A stretch of DNA of 64,000 nt from the IMG/VR virus record IMGVR_UViG_3300027740_000183, positions 73,152 to 137,151 of that record, one strand, 5' to 3'. This stretch comes from a virus. Positions 49,534 through 59,615 of this stretch are shown in pieces; position 1 is the first letter of the stretch; each line of letters starts with the position of its first letter. The notes below the pieces were generated by a model. The model made no database searches. It saw only the letters and a program-made list of their open reading frames with translations, and was not told the origin of the DNA. A program made the position numbers and the translations under genes.

Positions 49534-52119
49534 ATGCGCCATATACTTTACCCAGCACCCGTTACGTTCGACACCTTAGGGTTTCAATGGGATTCCGTTG
49601 AGGATGAAATACTTCTTCGTACCAGGTTGTTGCTGGCTACTTTTGATAGCGCTATCACAGCATTTGGTATCGTTGATGCAGAGGATCCCCAAACCGCTTA
49701 TAGTGGTGGTTCACGACCTTTTTCCGTTCAAGTAAACACCTCTGATACCAGCACTATAGATATTAATCCTGGTACTGCTGTGTTTAAAAATGGAGAGATT
49801 ATTGTTATAAATTCTGTGCTTGAGCAGATTGCGCTGGCTAATGGGGCTACAAACGCTAGGAATATTGTTTATTTAGAGTTTGGGGAGGAAGAAAAAGATC
49901 CTGTAGTTACAAGATTCCTTACCCTGGCTAACTCTAAGGTGGATTACTACACAGATCCAAAAGACTACCTTAAAGTACTTGATGAAAATGATTATAACGC
50001 GCTAACTGTAGCTGAAAAAGATCTTACTATTCCTTTAGCTGTTGCCACCGTACAACTTGTAGCCTCTGGTGGTGGTACCGCAACACAAATCACTATCGAT
50101 ATGGAAAGGACGTCTTTTGCAGCCAATCGCCCCTGGTTCTCTGTTGTGGATGCTACTCACCGCAGTCATGTGGGAACAGGGGTACAAACAGATACAAATA
50201 CTCATGCGTTGTCCTACAATGATATTAGTGCCACGTCTGACCTCACCCTGTTTCAACTGTTATTAGATAATGGCATGATTGTTGCTAAGGATAAGGGGTT
50301 AGCGGGGGTTCCCGGAGCACTTTGTACTGAGGTAATTCCTGCTTCTGCTGTTTATGTTGATGACGCTGCGGGAACAGTAACAGGCATTTCGTTTTCTTAT
50401 TATTTTTCATTATCTCGTTTCCCTCTCCTAGTTGCTCGTTGTACCGATGATGATACTAAAGTAAAAGATTATGCACCCGCACACATTCCTGGAAAAAATT
50501 TAGTATTTTTGTTACCGACAGATGAGTATGTGGGCACCACTACAGCACAGATAGCTGAAACGACGGTTGTTTATCCTCTAGTGTTTGCAGCCGAAACTTT
50601 AGATCTTGTTGTTGATGGTACTGCTTTTACTACCACGTTTGGAGTAGGTGCTACCCCGTTAGCAAATGTTGTAATAGCCATAAATACTGCGGCAGCCCTT
50701 GTAGGAACCGCTCCTGTGGCTTCTGATGTTGCTGGTCATTTGGTACTAACAAGCCCCACAGCAGGCTCTGCGGGCTCTGTACAGGTTGTTGGAGGTACCG
50801 CACAAGTTATGCTTGGTTTACCCTTAGCTACTGTTGTAGGAGACAGCGGTAAGCTGGAAGTGACTTACTCCGCAGTGGAGGCATGTGAACCACCTACATC
50901 ATTAATAAATACTACGTTTCCTATAAAACAGCCGGTTTCGTTAGAAGCAGTTATCGCCGGTGGTGTTGTTTTACCCTCCCTGGCGACCACAGAGTTGACT
51001 TTCGAGGACGCGGGTCAAATACCAGCTGAGTATCATATTTATATCGATGAGAACGGGGTAGCGAATCGGTACCCTCAAACAATTTATTGTATCAGAAAAC
51101 TTGTGGATATAGGGTTAGCGCTACAAGATTTTGACACCGCAATGAAAGGGTCCGCTAAGTTACGTGTTGGGTTAACAGGTGCGGCTCCAGGTGTTATCCC
51201 CCCTTTATCTATCAAGGTAGAAATAACAGGTACTGACGCAAACGGTACTATAATAACAGAAGTATTGGTATTTGGTTCCACCTATACAGATTCTTTTGTG
51301 CCTACATGTGTAGAAAATAGTAATCAGTGGAGAACCACTACTAATACGTTTGCTTCTGTTACATCATGGTTAGTTACAGAGCGATTAAATGATGGACCCG
51401 CTTCAGCAGTTACAATACAGGCGTTAGTAAATCCTATAATGACTTCGCAACTTGCTGACATCCTTCCTGTTGCCAGAATTATGTGGGACGGGTTGCAAAT
51501 TTGTGAACTTTGGGATCAAAGACCAATAAACTGTTTGCTTAAAACTACCTCATCTGCGTTAGCAATAAGTAGCGGAGGTAAGGGGCTATCGGAAACCTCT
51601 GCATTGTTATGGGATAGACAAGTTCCTGGAAGTTCACCTAATTATGTGTTGAATTTTTGGGCCGAGGATTTTGATCGCCCCGGTTATATAAGTACTGAGG
51701 TTACAGATACTAGTGTAGCTACTGGATTAGCACCAACAGAAACATTGGTTCAAAAAGTGTACGAAGGATTAGGTCCAGGAGATACTTATATCAGTAAGCC
51801 TGTAGCTATTACACCAAATTTGTCTGTTCCCCACGCATTTAGGATAATTCCTGTAGAGCCTGGTATTACTTTCTTTATGACGTTTCGTTATTATACTAAT
51901 GCTGCTGGTTGGTCTAACTGGACTAACTTTGGTACTATGGTGTACCCCTACTATACTCTTGATGTGAGTGCAGAGGCAGCGGGCGACATAGTGAAGTGGC
52001 AAATGTGTGTGAGAGGAGAAGTAAAAGGTATTATTGCTACTTATCTAAGCAGCGTGTTAGCCTATGCACCTTCCTTTATATGGGATAGCGGTGCGTGGGG
52101 TGAAGGAACACTGGGTTAG
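49534..52119 (+). CDS. Large virion structural protein
   Basis: Thr/Ala/Val-rich beta protein with the ETLDLVVDG...VVIAIN...LVLTS..AG module seen in tail and sheath proteins. Confidence 0.6.
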   Translation: MRHILYPAPVTFDTLGFQWDSVEDEILLRTRLLLATFDSAITAFGIVDAEDPQTAYSGGSRPFSVQVNTSDTSTIDINPGTAVFKNGEIIVINSVLEQIALANGATNARNIVYLEFGEEEKDPVVTRFLTLANSKVDYYTDPKDYLKVLDENDYNALTVAEKDLTIPLAVATVQLVASGGGTATQITIDMERTSFAANRPWFSVVDATHRSHVGTGVQTDTNTHALSYNDISATSDLTLFQLLLDNGMIVAKDKGLAGVPGALCTEVIPASAVYVDDAAGTVTGISFSYYFSLSRFPLLVARCTDDDTKVKDYAPAHIPGKNLVFLLPTDEYVGTTTAQIAETTVVYPLVFAAETLDLVVDGTAFTTTFGVGATPLANVVIAINTAAALVGTAPVASDVAGHLVLTSPTAGSAGSVQVVGGTAQVMLGLPLATVVGDSGKLEVTYSAVEACEPPTSLINTTFPIKQPVSLEAVIAGGVVLPSLATTELTFEDAGQIPAEYHIYIDENGVANRYPQTIYCIRKLVDIGLALQDFDTAMKGSAKLRVGLTGAAPGVIPPLSIKVEITGTDANGTIITEVLVFGSTYTDSFVPTCVENSNQWRTTTNTFASVTSWLVTERLNDGPASAVTIQALVNPIMTSQLADILPVARIMWDGLQICELWDQRPINCLLKTTSSALAISSGGKGLSETSALLWDRQVPGSSPNYVLNFWAEDFDRPGYISTEVTDTSVATGLAPTETLVQKVYEGLGPGDTYISKPVAITPNLSVPHAFRIIPVEPGITFFMTFRYYTNAAGWSNWTNFGTMVYPYYTLDVSAEAAGDIVKWQMCVRGEVKGIIATYLSSVLAYAPSFIWDSGAWGEGTLG

Positions 52120-52128
52120 AAATTTGAT

Positions 52129-54138
52129 GTGAACAAATCATTAAAATATGTTGATGACCTTTCGAATTTAATAGATCAACTAGCGGATTCTGGTTTAGAC
52201 CCTAATATTCTTGATTCCGCAGTAGATTTACCTCGTGCTAAAAACGTTATAGAATTTGCATTATCGCCTACCTTTTTAAATAGTAAGCTCTTTGCAAAAC
52301 AGGCGGAACAAGCTGTAAAATTATTTGCGGAGTGGTGTCCACACTGTACTGATAAAGACTACATAGAAAATGTTCCAGTTGCGGATACAATGGGGCAATT
52401 TCAAGATCATGTTATTCTTTTAGATAAAGGGATATGTCCTCATTGTCATAAAAATAAAAAAGAGCTTTTTGACACTATACCTGTGGAGTTAGTATCTTGT
52501 TTAGGACAGAGATCAGGCAAGTCGGCATTAGCAGGAGGTATTTTAAGTACTTATATACTTCATCGTTTTTTGATGATACCTAATCCTTCTCGTTACTATG
52601 ATCAACAATCTAACTCAATGTATGAAATCACGTTTGTAGCTATTGATCTCACTCAGATTGAAGGGACTCTGTGGTCCTATTTCACAGGAGCTATAGCAAC
52701 ATCTCCTTGGTTTAAAGAATACAATAAAGCTTTACACGAAAAAGAAAAGAAGATAAGCGCTTCAAAAAATTCATTATGTAAAATAATGGATACTTATATT
52801 TGGTACGGTAATAAAAGAGTACTGGCTTCTTTTAGGGCAGCAGATGGAAGAGGGTTAAGAGGCGCTACCCGTATTGTTGGTGCTGTTGACGAATTGGGTC
52901 TTTTTAATGCCACTACTAAAGAGAAAAAAAATAAAGCTATTCGTGCCAATGCTAATGAAACATACACTTCCTTAGACAACAGTTTAAGAACCATTAGAGC
53001 GGTATCAGATTTGTTATGGAATAAGGGGGATTACGATACTCTTCCTTCTTACATGATTAATATAGGGTCACCAAGCAGTCAGTTTGACAAAATGATGACT
53101 TTATTGAAAGAAAGCGAAAATGATTCCCGTAAAGTAGCTTTTCATTGGTCTTCTTGGGAAGCTTCCCCTATCATAACAAGAGAAAGTTTAAAATCTAAAG
53201 AGATAAATTCCCCTTTCGAATTTTGGCGCGACTTTGGTGCATTACCCCCCTTAGCAGATTCTCCTCTTATTGGTAATGAAAAATCAGTGTATGGGTGTAA
53301 AGCTGCCTTACAACCTATATTTAGAACTAAACATAAGTATATTGAGGATAAAGCAGGTTCTGGTAAATTTATATCAGCGGAACTTTTATATTGCTTAGAA
53401 GATAAAAGAACGGCAAGATTAATAACTTGTGACGCTGGTGAAAAAAATAACCATTTTTGTATCACAGCACATCATTTGGAGAGTAGTAACGACGAAATAT
53501 CTTTATATATGGATGGTCTTATTGAAGTTGCTCCAGAATATATAAAAGAAAAAGATGATTTTATTACTGTTCATTTTCCTTCCCTATCAAAACTTATAAT
53601 AGAATTGTGCATAAAATTGAATGTTATTTATGTCGTGTGGGATAGGTGGCAATCTTCTGGGGAAGTGCAGAGATTAAGGGATCTGAGTATTAAAGCGGAG
53701 CGTTATAGCCCTAAACTTCAAGATTTTAAAGATTATGCTAACTTGGTATATGCGGGTAATTATAAAATGCCGATGTGGGAGCATAAATCGTTAACAGATC
53801 TTGACGTAACCAATAAAGAAGCAGTTAAAAGAGCACCTTACACCCATGCTGCTATTCAAATTGCTACTGTTAGAGAAATTGGTAAAAAGATCGTAAAACC
53901 TGAATATGGTGAAGATGATATATTTAGATCTATTGTATTAGCTTCTCGCTACGTGCAAATGCCCGACATTCAAAAAGAAATGATTAGAACAGGATTAGGA
54001 AATTTTGCTGCTAAAAGATCTGGTGTAAGTTGTCTGGGATCTGTGAGAGGTAAAACAACTGGCATGGGTGGGAATATTGGTATGTCTTCATCTAGTAGTG
54101 GTATAGGATCAGTCAGAATGAGAAGTCAGAGATATTAA
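52129..54138 (+). CDS. terL: Terminase large subunit
   Basis: Walker A GQRSGKS, Walker B AVDELG, coupling motif IGSP, nuclease ITCDAG / WDRWQS / EDD; CPHC..CPHC insert. Confidence 0.9.
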   Translation: MNKSLKYVDDLSNLIDQLADSGLDPNILDSAVDLPRAKNVIEFALSPTFLNSKLFAKQAEQAVKLFAEWCPHCTDKDYIENVPVADTMGQFQDHVILLDKGICPHCHKNKKELFDTIPVELVSCLGQRSGKSALAGGILSTYILHRFLMIPNPSRYYDQQSNSMYEITFVAIDLTQIEGTLWSYFTGAIATSPWFKEYNKALHEKEKKISASKNSLCKIMDTYIWYGNKRVLASFRAADGRGLRGATRIVGAVDELGLFNATTKEKKNKAIRANANETYTSLDNSLRTIRAVSDLLWNKGDYDTLPSYMINIGSPSSQFDKMMTLLKESENDSRKVAFHWSSWEASPIITRESLKSKEINSPFEFWRDFGALPPLADSPLIGNEKSVYGCKAALQPIFRTKHKYIEDKAGSGKFISAELLYCLEDKRTARLITCDAGEKNNHFCITAHHLESSNDEISLYMDGLIEVAPEYIKEKDDFITVHFPSLSKLIIELCIKLNVIYVVWDRWQSSGEVQRLRDLSIKAERYSPKLQDFKDYANLVYAGNYKMPMWEHKSLTDLDVTNKEAVKRAPYTHAAIQIATVREIGKKIVKPEYGEDDIFRSIVLASRYVQMPDIQKEMIRTGLGNFAAKRSGVSCLGSVRGKTTGMGGNIGMSSSSSGIGSVRMRSQRY

Positions 54139-54154
54139 GGTCATAGGATTTAAC

Positions 54155-54164
54155 GTTATTTAAT
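54155..54164 (+). promoter_or_regulatory. Putative late promoter GTTATTTAAT
   Basis: Intergenic, 30 nt before the ATG at 54195. Confidence 0.6.
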
Positions 54165-54194
54165 AAGGTAAGGAAAATATAGGAGATTTTAATT

Positions 54195-54683
54195 ATGGTA
54201 AAGATATCACCAAATATTGTGAATAGACTTAACAAAGTAGCTGCAGTGCTTAGTAAAATTGAAGAGGTGGAACGATCTCTAGAGACTATAGGTCATTTAC
54301 TTGACCAAGATGGCTATGTTGCACCCGCTAGAGCGCTAACATTGCTACAGCAACTTGGTGAATCTTACAACGCTAAAGTGGCTAACAAGCTTTGGGATCA
54401 GCTTGTTAAAGATGATTATAAGAAAAGCTCTAGGGTATTGGTGCTGCTGAGTCAGGTAATAAGAGTACTTGGTGAAAATAAGGTAGAACAAGTAGAAGGT
54501 GGTGAAGATTTGGAGAGAAAAAAGATTGCTGTGGAAACACACGAGTTTTTCAAGAAACTGGTTCCCTATTGTACAAAAATGGTAGAAAATTTGAATCGTT
54601 TGGGTTTATCTGAGGAAGCGGAAACAATTTCTGGTACTAAATCAAATATTGCAGAAATTATTCACAAGCTATCAAAAATTTAA
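54195..54683 (+). CDS. Putative internal head protein
   Basis: NRLNKVAA leader; IGHLLDQDGY...A and NLNRLGLSEEA motifs. Confidence 0.5.
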   Translation: MVKISPNIVNRLNKVAAVLSKIEEVERSLETIGHLLDQDGYVAPARALTLLQQLGESYNAKVANKLWDQLVKDDYKKSSRVLVLLSQVIRVLGENKVEQVEGGEDLERKKIAVETHEFFKKLVPYCTKMVENLNRLGLSEEAETISGTKSNIAEIIHKLSKI

Positions 54684-54737
54684 ATTTTTTTGTAAAAGAT
54701 CTCTAGAAACTTATAAACACCTCAAGCAGGAGATTTT

Positions 54738-55181
54738 ATGGATGGAAAAATAGCCAACGGAAAACAGCTAATTCTCGACGCTTTTGTTACCCATCCAGAG
54801 AATTTTGTTAAGAAAAAGCTAAGAAAAATCTTTGTTTCTTTAGTGGACTCCTTAGATATGCAAATACTAGGGGGTCCAGAATTTTATGAAGTTAAGCTTG
54901 ATGAATCTAAACTAATTGGTGAAGATATAGAGGATGAAGGCGGCGCAACAGGAACCTGTGTTATTTCTACTTCTCATATAGCTATTCATACTTGGACATT
55001 ACGAAAATTTATGAGTATTGACATTTATTCTTGTAAAGAATTTAATGTAGAAAAAGCAATAGAGCTTATTGATATGATTTTTGGGTTAGAAAATTACAAA
55101 ATTACTGTAATAGATAGACTATGCCCTTACGAGTCTAGCAAAAAGATAAAACATGTTGTTAGCTCGTTGGAAGATTTTTAA
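54738..55181 (+). CDS. speD: S-adenosylmethionine decarboxylase proenzyme-like
   Basis: G.QLILD, GG.TG..VISTSHIAIHTW, IDIYSCK. Confidence 0.85.
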   Translation: MDGKIANGKQLILDAFVTHPENFVKKKLRKIFVSLVDSLDMQILGGPEFYEVKLDESKLIGEDIEDEGGATGTCVISTSHIAIHTWTLRKFMSIDIYSCKEFNVEKAIELIDMIFGLENYKITVIDRLCPYESSKKIKHVVSSLEDF

Positions 55182-55199
55182 AAAGTAGGAGAATACTCA

Positions 55200-55895
55200 T
55201 TGGAAGTACAACAATTAACAGATCTTACTAAACTTTCCACACTAGTGTCTAGCAGGGAACAGTTTGTTAACTCGTTACAAAAACGAGACATCGATTTAAA
55301 CAATACGGGTCGGGATTCTCATGTAAATAGATCCCCAATGATTATTACCAACGCTAGATGGGTTAGTGAGGGTCGCTACATAGTTTTTTGGGTGGGACCC
55401 AATACGGCTAGCTGGAAATTTCAACTGAGAGGTTCGGAACAGCAGACTAGAACGGGATGGGTACAGCACTACTGGCGTGATGATAAAAGAAGTACTTTTT
55501 TTGATAACCCAACCATTGACTTTTCGTTTCAGTCAGGTAATTTGATTCCAGTTCGTCTTATCGACAACAATGGATCCACTAAAGTAGTTACGTTACCTCC
55601 AGGTTTATTAGATTGTTATGATTTTTTTGAATTACTAGACGATAAAAAAATACTTAGTAATGGGCAAGAAAATCTTACTTACATAGTGTACCATAGTCTT
55701 CTTTTTCCATCAATAACTTTGTACGGCTACTTTGTACCCGATGGTATTTCAATATCGGAAGATGCAGAGAGACCCGATACAGTTACCTGGACCGCCCAGT
55801 TTAGGGTGCAGGGATCTTCCCCCAAGTTTTATGTTAGTAAAGATTTGATAAATGCGTGGAACACTCAGTTTAATCTACTGAGTAAGGTAGAGTAA
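55200..55895 (+). CDS. Putative tail/baseplate protein
   Basis: V.P......QQTRTGWV.HYW and Y.GYF...SISE.AE.P...W...F.V, a tube-initiator-like pattern. Confidence 0.5.
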   Translation: MEVQQLTDLTKLSTLVSSREQFVNSLQKRDIDLNNTGRDSHVNRSPMIITNARWVSEGRYIVFWVGPNTASWKFQLRGSEQQTRTGWVQHYWRDDKRSTFFDNPTIDFSFQSGNLIPVRLIDNNGSTKVVTLPPGLLDCYDFFELLDDKKILSNGQENLTYIVYHSLLFPSITLYGYFVPDGISISEDAERPDTVTWTAQFRVQGSSPKFYVSKDLINAWNTQFNLLSKVE

Positions 55896-55942
55896 TGTAA
55901 GTTAGTGTAGTTTTAAACAATTAAAAAATAAGGAGTTAAAAA

Positions 55943-56449
55943 ATGTTAAAAAGTGTATTAATTAGTATCGTTGGTGCTTTTTTGTTTCTAGGCTGTTGTC
56001 CCGCGAAGTATACAGTTACTACAGATCAACTGTTGGACATGAAAGCTAAAAAGGCAGCTGTAGACGAGTATAAAGCCGCAGCAGTCCAGCTTTTAAGCTT
56101 CGCTGATAAAGCTGCAGGGGTTAATACGGAATCAATACAGAGGGGCTGTGACGTCGTGCTAGCGCAGCTTTCAGATCTAGGTATAAGTGGAGATGCTGTA
56201 GATGCGTTACAAAAAGATTGTGTAATTTTTGATGCTGCTGTAGCTAATTGTAAGTCTGCTGAAAATGCATTAAAAATAGCACTGATTAAAGGAGAAAGTG
56301 CTAATTTAATCCTTATGGTTAATAAATATATAGGTTTTAAGGAAGAGGCGGAAAAAGAAGCAAAGGATTTGGTTACTCAACTAAATCAAGCAGTCGCGTT
56401 TATGCGTGGTGTTATGGGAGGGATGCAGCAAGAATCCCCACAAGAGTAG
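55943..56449 (+). CDS. Lipoprotein
   Basis: Signal peptide with lipobox FLGC. Confidence 0.6.
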   Translation: MLKSVLISIVGAFLFLGCCPAKYTVTTDQLLDMKAKKAAVDEYKAAAVQLLSFADKAAGVNTESIQRGCDVVLAQLSDLGISGDAVDALQKDCVIFDAAVANCKSAENALKIALIKGESANLILMVNKYIGFKEEAEKEAKDLVTQLNQAVAFMRGVMGGMQQESPQE

Positions 56450-56478
56450 CACATAGATTAGAGTCTAAAAAAGAAAGT

Positions 56479-56507
56479 CCTCAATACTGTTGTGTTGAGG
56501 GTTTTTT
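56479..56507 (+). terminator. Rho-independent terminator between convergent genes
   Basis: CCTCAATAC-TGTT-GTGTTGAGG followed by GTTTTTT; A-rich upstream (possibly bidirectional). Confidence 0.75.
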
Positions 56508-56527
56508 AGTTTAATTTTTTGTATATG

Positions 56528-57001
56528 CTACTTTTTATTATTTTTTTCGTAATCCCACATTCCTATGCCTACAGCATCAGCTTCATGAGATACCATTTTT
56601 ACCATTCCGAGTTTTTTGGTAACTACTAGCATATCATTGGTACCATATTTGCGTTTCATGTAGTTCTTCCAAGTAGAAGCGGTAACTAGATGAAATTCTA
56701 TAGGAATGATCCAGGAAGCAATTAATCCAATTTGTAGGTTCACAAACTCGTTTAAACAACCTCTGCTGTTTCCGGGGCGAGCCATAAATCTTTCGGCTAT
56801 CGCGTGATCTGTATCTGGGTTAAGATCGCATCTTTTTAGCAAATCGGTTATTTCCCACTTTAATTTGGTAGCTTGAGCCGAAAAATTTGATAAATCGGTA
56901 ATGTAGTGTTGTAGCATCCCATAAAATATTACTTTATCATCTTCTCGCAAAGAATAGGCGAAATTAATTTTTCCGGGATCAAAGCTTAAGATTTTAGACA
57001 T
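56528..57001 (-). CDS. RuvC-like Holliday junction resolvase
   Basis: ILSFDPG, IAERF, STWK, HEADAVGIG. Confidence 0.8.
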   Translation of the reverse strand: MSKILSFDPGKINFAYSLREDDKVIFYGMLQHYITDLSNFSAQATKLKWEITDLLKRCDLNPDTDHAIAERFMARPGNSRGCLNEFVNLQIGLIASWIIPIEFHLVTASTWKNYMKRKYGTNDMLVVTKKLGMVKMVSHEADAVGIGMWDYEKNNKK

Positions 57002-57020
57002 GTTTATTACGCAATTTTGA

Positions 57021-58181
57021 TTATACTATCTCCGGTTCACCAACTAACCCGTCCCATTGCTTACTCTCTGTGCTATCTTGACCTATGTATAGATTACCAT
57101 CAGTTCTGTTCCAATTAGTACCAAAAGAAGTACCGTTACCTGTAGTGAATCCACTTAGTGTTAGAGAACCAATAAAAAACCCTCCTCTGCGTAAAGTGAC
57201 TTCTAGTTTTTGATTCGCTAAATGGGTAGTCGCACCACTGGTGATTAGGTTACCACTCACTGATCCATCTACGTATATTTTCTTATCAGTTCCGTTGTAG
57301 TAAACAGTTATATTCTCGGTAGATCCAGCGAAACAACAGACAACTCTTGTATCCCCACCAGTTACTTGATCGCTACTCCATTCGGGATACAATGTGAATT
57401 TAACACTGTCCTTTAACTCGTTGGGAACAAGTGAAGCGGGTAGGTAGATTTGGTCTTTGTTACACACCCCACCCCCAGCTAATGTATTAATCAAGCGTTT
57501 GAAGTAATTACCAGCGTGACTTTGTCGTTGCCATACATATACACCTGCTGTGACAACACCTAAAAAATGGGAACTACTACCATCAGCATTACTTAGCCCC
57601 AACGTGTGGTAAATTATACCCGTGGTATCAAACATAAAACCGATAAAATACCAACTATTTCCTACGTTAATACTAAAATGTCCTCTGTGTAATGCATCTT
57701 TAGTATCCCATTGGTTGGTTTGTAAATTGTACCAGCTTTGTGTTGTTTCTGCCTGTGTTCTAATCCATCGATTAGCAGTTCCATATTTTTTAACGAAATG
57801 AGCAATTACCGCAGATCCTGCCGGGATGGATCCAGAGTAGTATAAGCGATGTGAATCAGTTGTAGCGGTTTCTGTTATTAAACAAGCTGTAGTCCCCCTC
57901 AAAGGATCCGACGATATTTGTGGATTTTGTATAGTTAAACCCGCAGAAGCTTCGTTAGTGGAAAAATCGTTAGAGTATTGTTGTACGTTTGTTACAGCAG
58001 ATATTGATTGTATATACTTCTTCCCCCCAATCCTCGTCAATGGCTTCACATTAGATCCAAAAGGTCCTTCTACAGCACCAGTTGAAGGATTTATAACGTA
58101 CTTATCTGAAATGTTGGTGTAATTGCAGTTACTAAAATCTATTATTCTATTAGGTGTTTTTTTGTATACTTCTATTAGCAT
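57021..58181 (-). CDS. Virion fibre/spike protein
   Basis: TN..QYSNDFS, ITETATT..H, GVYVW..Q pattern of head-spike fibre domains, plus LamG-like LYIGQ C terminus; paralogous to 62900-64000. Confidence 0.55.
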   Translation of the reverse strand: MLIEVYKKTPNRIIDFSNCNYTNISDKYVINPSTGAVEGPFGSNVKPLTRIGGKKYIQSISAVTNVQQYSNDFSTNEASAGLTIQNPQISSDPLRGTTACLITETATTDSHRLYYSGSIPAGSAVIAHFVKKYGTANRWIRTQAETTQSWYNLQTNQWDTKDALHRGHFSINVGNSWYFIGFMFDTTGIIYHTLGLSNADGSSSHFLGVVTAGVYVWQRQSHAGNYFKRLINTLAGGGVCNKDQIYLPASLVPNELKDSVKFTLYPEWSSDQVTGGDTRVVCCFAGSTENITVYYNGTDKKIYVDGSVSGNLITSGATTHLANQKLEVTLRRGGFFIGSLTLSGFTTGNGTSFGTNWNRTDGNLYIGQDSTESKQWDGLVGEPEIV

Positions 58182-58197
58182 GGAAAACTCTCCTTGT

Positions 58198-58207
58198 ATT
58201 AAATAAC
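58198..58207 (-). promoter_or_regulatory. Putative late promoter GTTATTTAAT
   Basis: Directly upstream of the RBS of 57021-58181. Confidence 0.6.
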
Positions 58208-58337
58208 CAAAAAACGCTTTTATTCCAGGGCTTGTTATGGGTTTTACACGCTACCAGAGATAATGCTAGGTTTTATTTTTACAGTATTATTGTAATTAGT
58301 AATTAAAGTAGTTTATCTTTGTATATTCTATTTTGTA

Positions 58338-58347
58338 GTTATTTAAT
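58338..58347 (+). promoter_or_regulatory. Putative late promoter GTTATTTAAT
   Basis: Divergent partner of 58198-58207, before the ATG at 58374. Confidence 0.6.
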
Positions 58348-58373
58348 AGTATAATTCTATTAATTTAATAACT

Positions 58374-58610
58374 ATGTCCCCTAACTTACTTAATATTGTG
58401 GCTAAGATACAAGAGCTGTGCTCCCCTTCCGCATTCAGTACACCTACTGATATAAACAACAAAGCTTTACCAATTTGGAATCATATCATTACCAGGTATG
58501 CGGACGAAATTTACAATAATACTAGAATTATTGATAATCAATGGAGTAAAGCAATATCTTTATTTGAAAAAGCTTGTTTAGGCAGAAGGATTGACCCTTA
58601 TATAAAATAG
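58374..58610 (+). CDS. Hypothetical protein
   Basis: 78-aa ORF after the late motif. Confidence 0.5.
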   Translation: MSPNLLNIVAKIQELCSPSAFSTPTDINNKALPIWNHIITRYADEIYNNTRIIDNQWSKAISLFEKACLGRRIDPYIK

Positions 58611-58638
58611 CATTCCAAAAAATAGGTATAGTACTAAA

Positions 58639-59049
58639 ATGTTACAAAGTTATAAACAACATATTGCTTCTTATTACACAGGGGGTCAAACAAAAACTAT
58701 AGATATTGACGCCCTACTTTCATTTACTCCACTTACTAGTGCTAAGTTAGTTTTTTATAACGTGGATGGAAATGTGGGGAGTTTTAACATAAAAATATAC
58801 AATTGGTTAGCGTTAGGTGATGGGGATGATCCATTACACAATGGTGATTTTTCTTTTATACTAAATGGTGTAGATGGGGTAACATTACCCGCAGGATCTC
58901 GTTACGCATTTGTATTAGATGGAAGTATTGATGACAATTTATCAATATATCAAATAGTTATACATAATAATTCTGGATCAATTATGCCTTTTCATTTTAT
59001 TATAGAAGGATTAGTAGACGCGGCTGTTGAGGTTACGGTACCGGTATAG
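58639..59049 (+). CDS. Hypothetical beta-rich virion protein
   Basis: 136-aa ORF. Confidence 0.45.
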   Translation: MLQSYKQHIASYYTGGQTKTIDIDALLSFTPLTSAKLVFYNVDGNVGSFNIKIYNWLALGDGDDPLHNGDFSFILNGVDGVTLPAGSRYAFVLDGSIDDNLSIYQIVIHNNSGSIMPFHFIIEGLVDAAVEVTVPV

Positions 59050-59140
59050 GCAACTACTCACCACTAGCAGGTGTGGGTTTTCTCCTTACGTATATCATAA
59101 TTAAAGCTTACTGAAATAATTAAACTGAGGTTAATACAAA

Positions 59141-59614
59141 ATGGATGTTACAACGACCAGCAATCAACAAGAATCAGCCACAACTACCACCAAAGATGTT
59201 GGTTCCGTGGAAATAACTCCAGGTATTCAACTAGAGAAAGATGGTGATGTAGTAATAAAACCAGGATTTTGGATCTCCCTTTTTAAAAAACATAAGGGCA
59301 TAATCGTACTAGTCTCGCTATTAGCCGGTTCTGCTGGCATTGGCGGATCAGCGATTTCCCAGTTTATAGCTATTCCTGATAAAATAGTTAAAATTGAATC
59401 AGCAAACGCTACGGAACATACTACTATTAAAAAGGAAGTAAAGGATTTAGCAGTTAATTTAAAGGGAGAGGTAAAAGATCTATCCAATAATTTAAAAGAT
59501 AATGTAAGTAACTTAGAAGCGAGACTTGAGTCGGTTAAATTACTTCAATGTTGGTTAATACAACAGGGGAAAAAAGAAGTACCTAGCGAAGTTCTTAAAA
59601 TTTGTTTACACTAA
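59141..59614 (+). CDS. Membrane-anchored coiled-coil protein (holin/lysis-like candidate)
   Basis: One TM helix followed by EVKDL repeats. Confidence 0.4.
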   Translation: MDVTTTSNQQESATTTTKDVGSVEITPGIQLEKDGDVVIKPGFWISLFKKHKGIIVLVSLLAGSAGIGGSAISQFIAIPDKIVKIESANATEHTTIKKEVKDLAVNLKGEVKDLSNNLKDNVSNLEARLESVKLLQCWLIQQGKKEVPSEVLKICLH

Positions 59615-59615
59615 T

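Noticed and set aside
54693-54720. Seventh copy of the leader pseudoknot upstream of speD (AAAAGATCTCTAGAAACTTATAAAC)
   Set aside because: Only loose resemblance; stem 1 is weak and stem 2 is absent.
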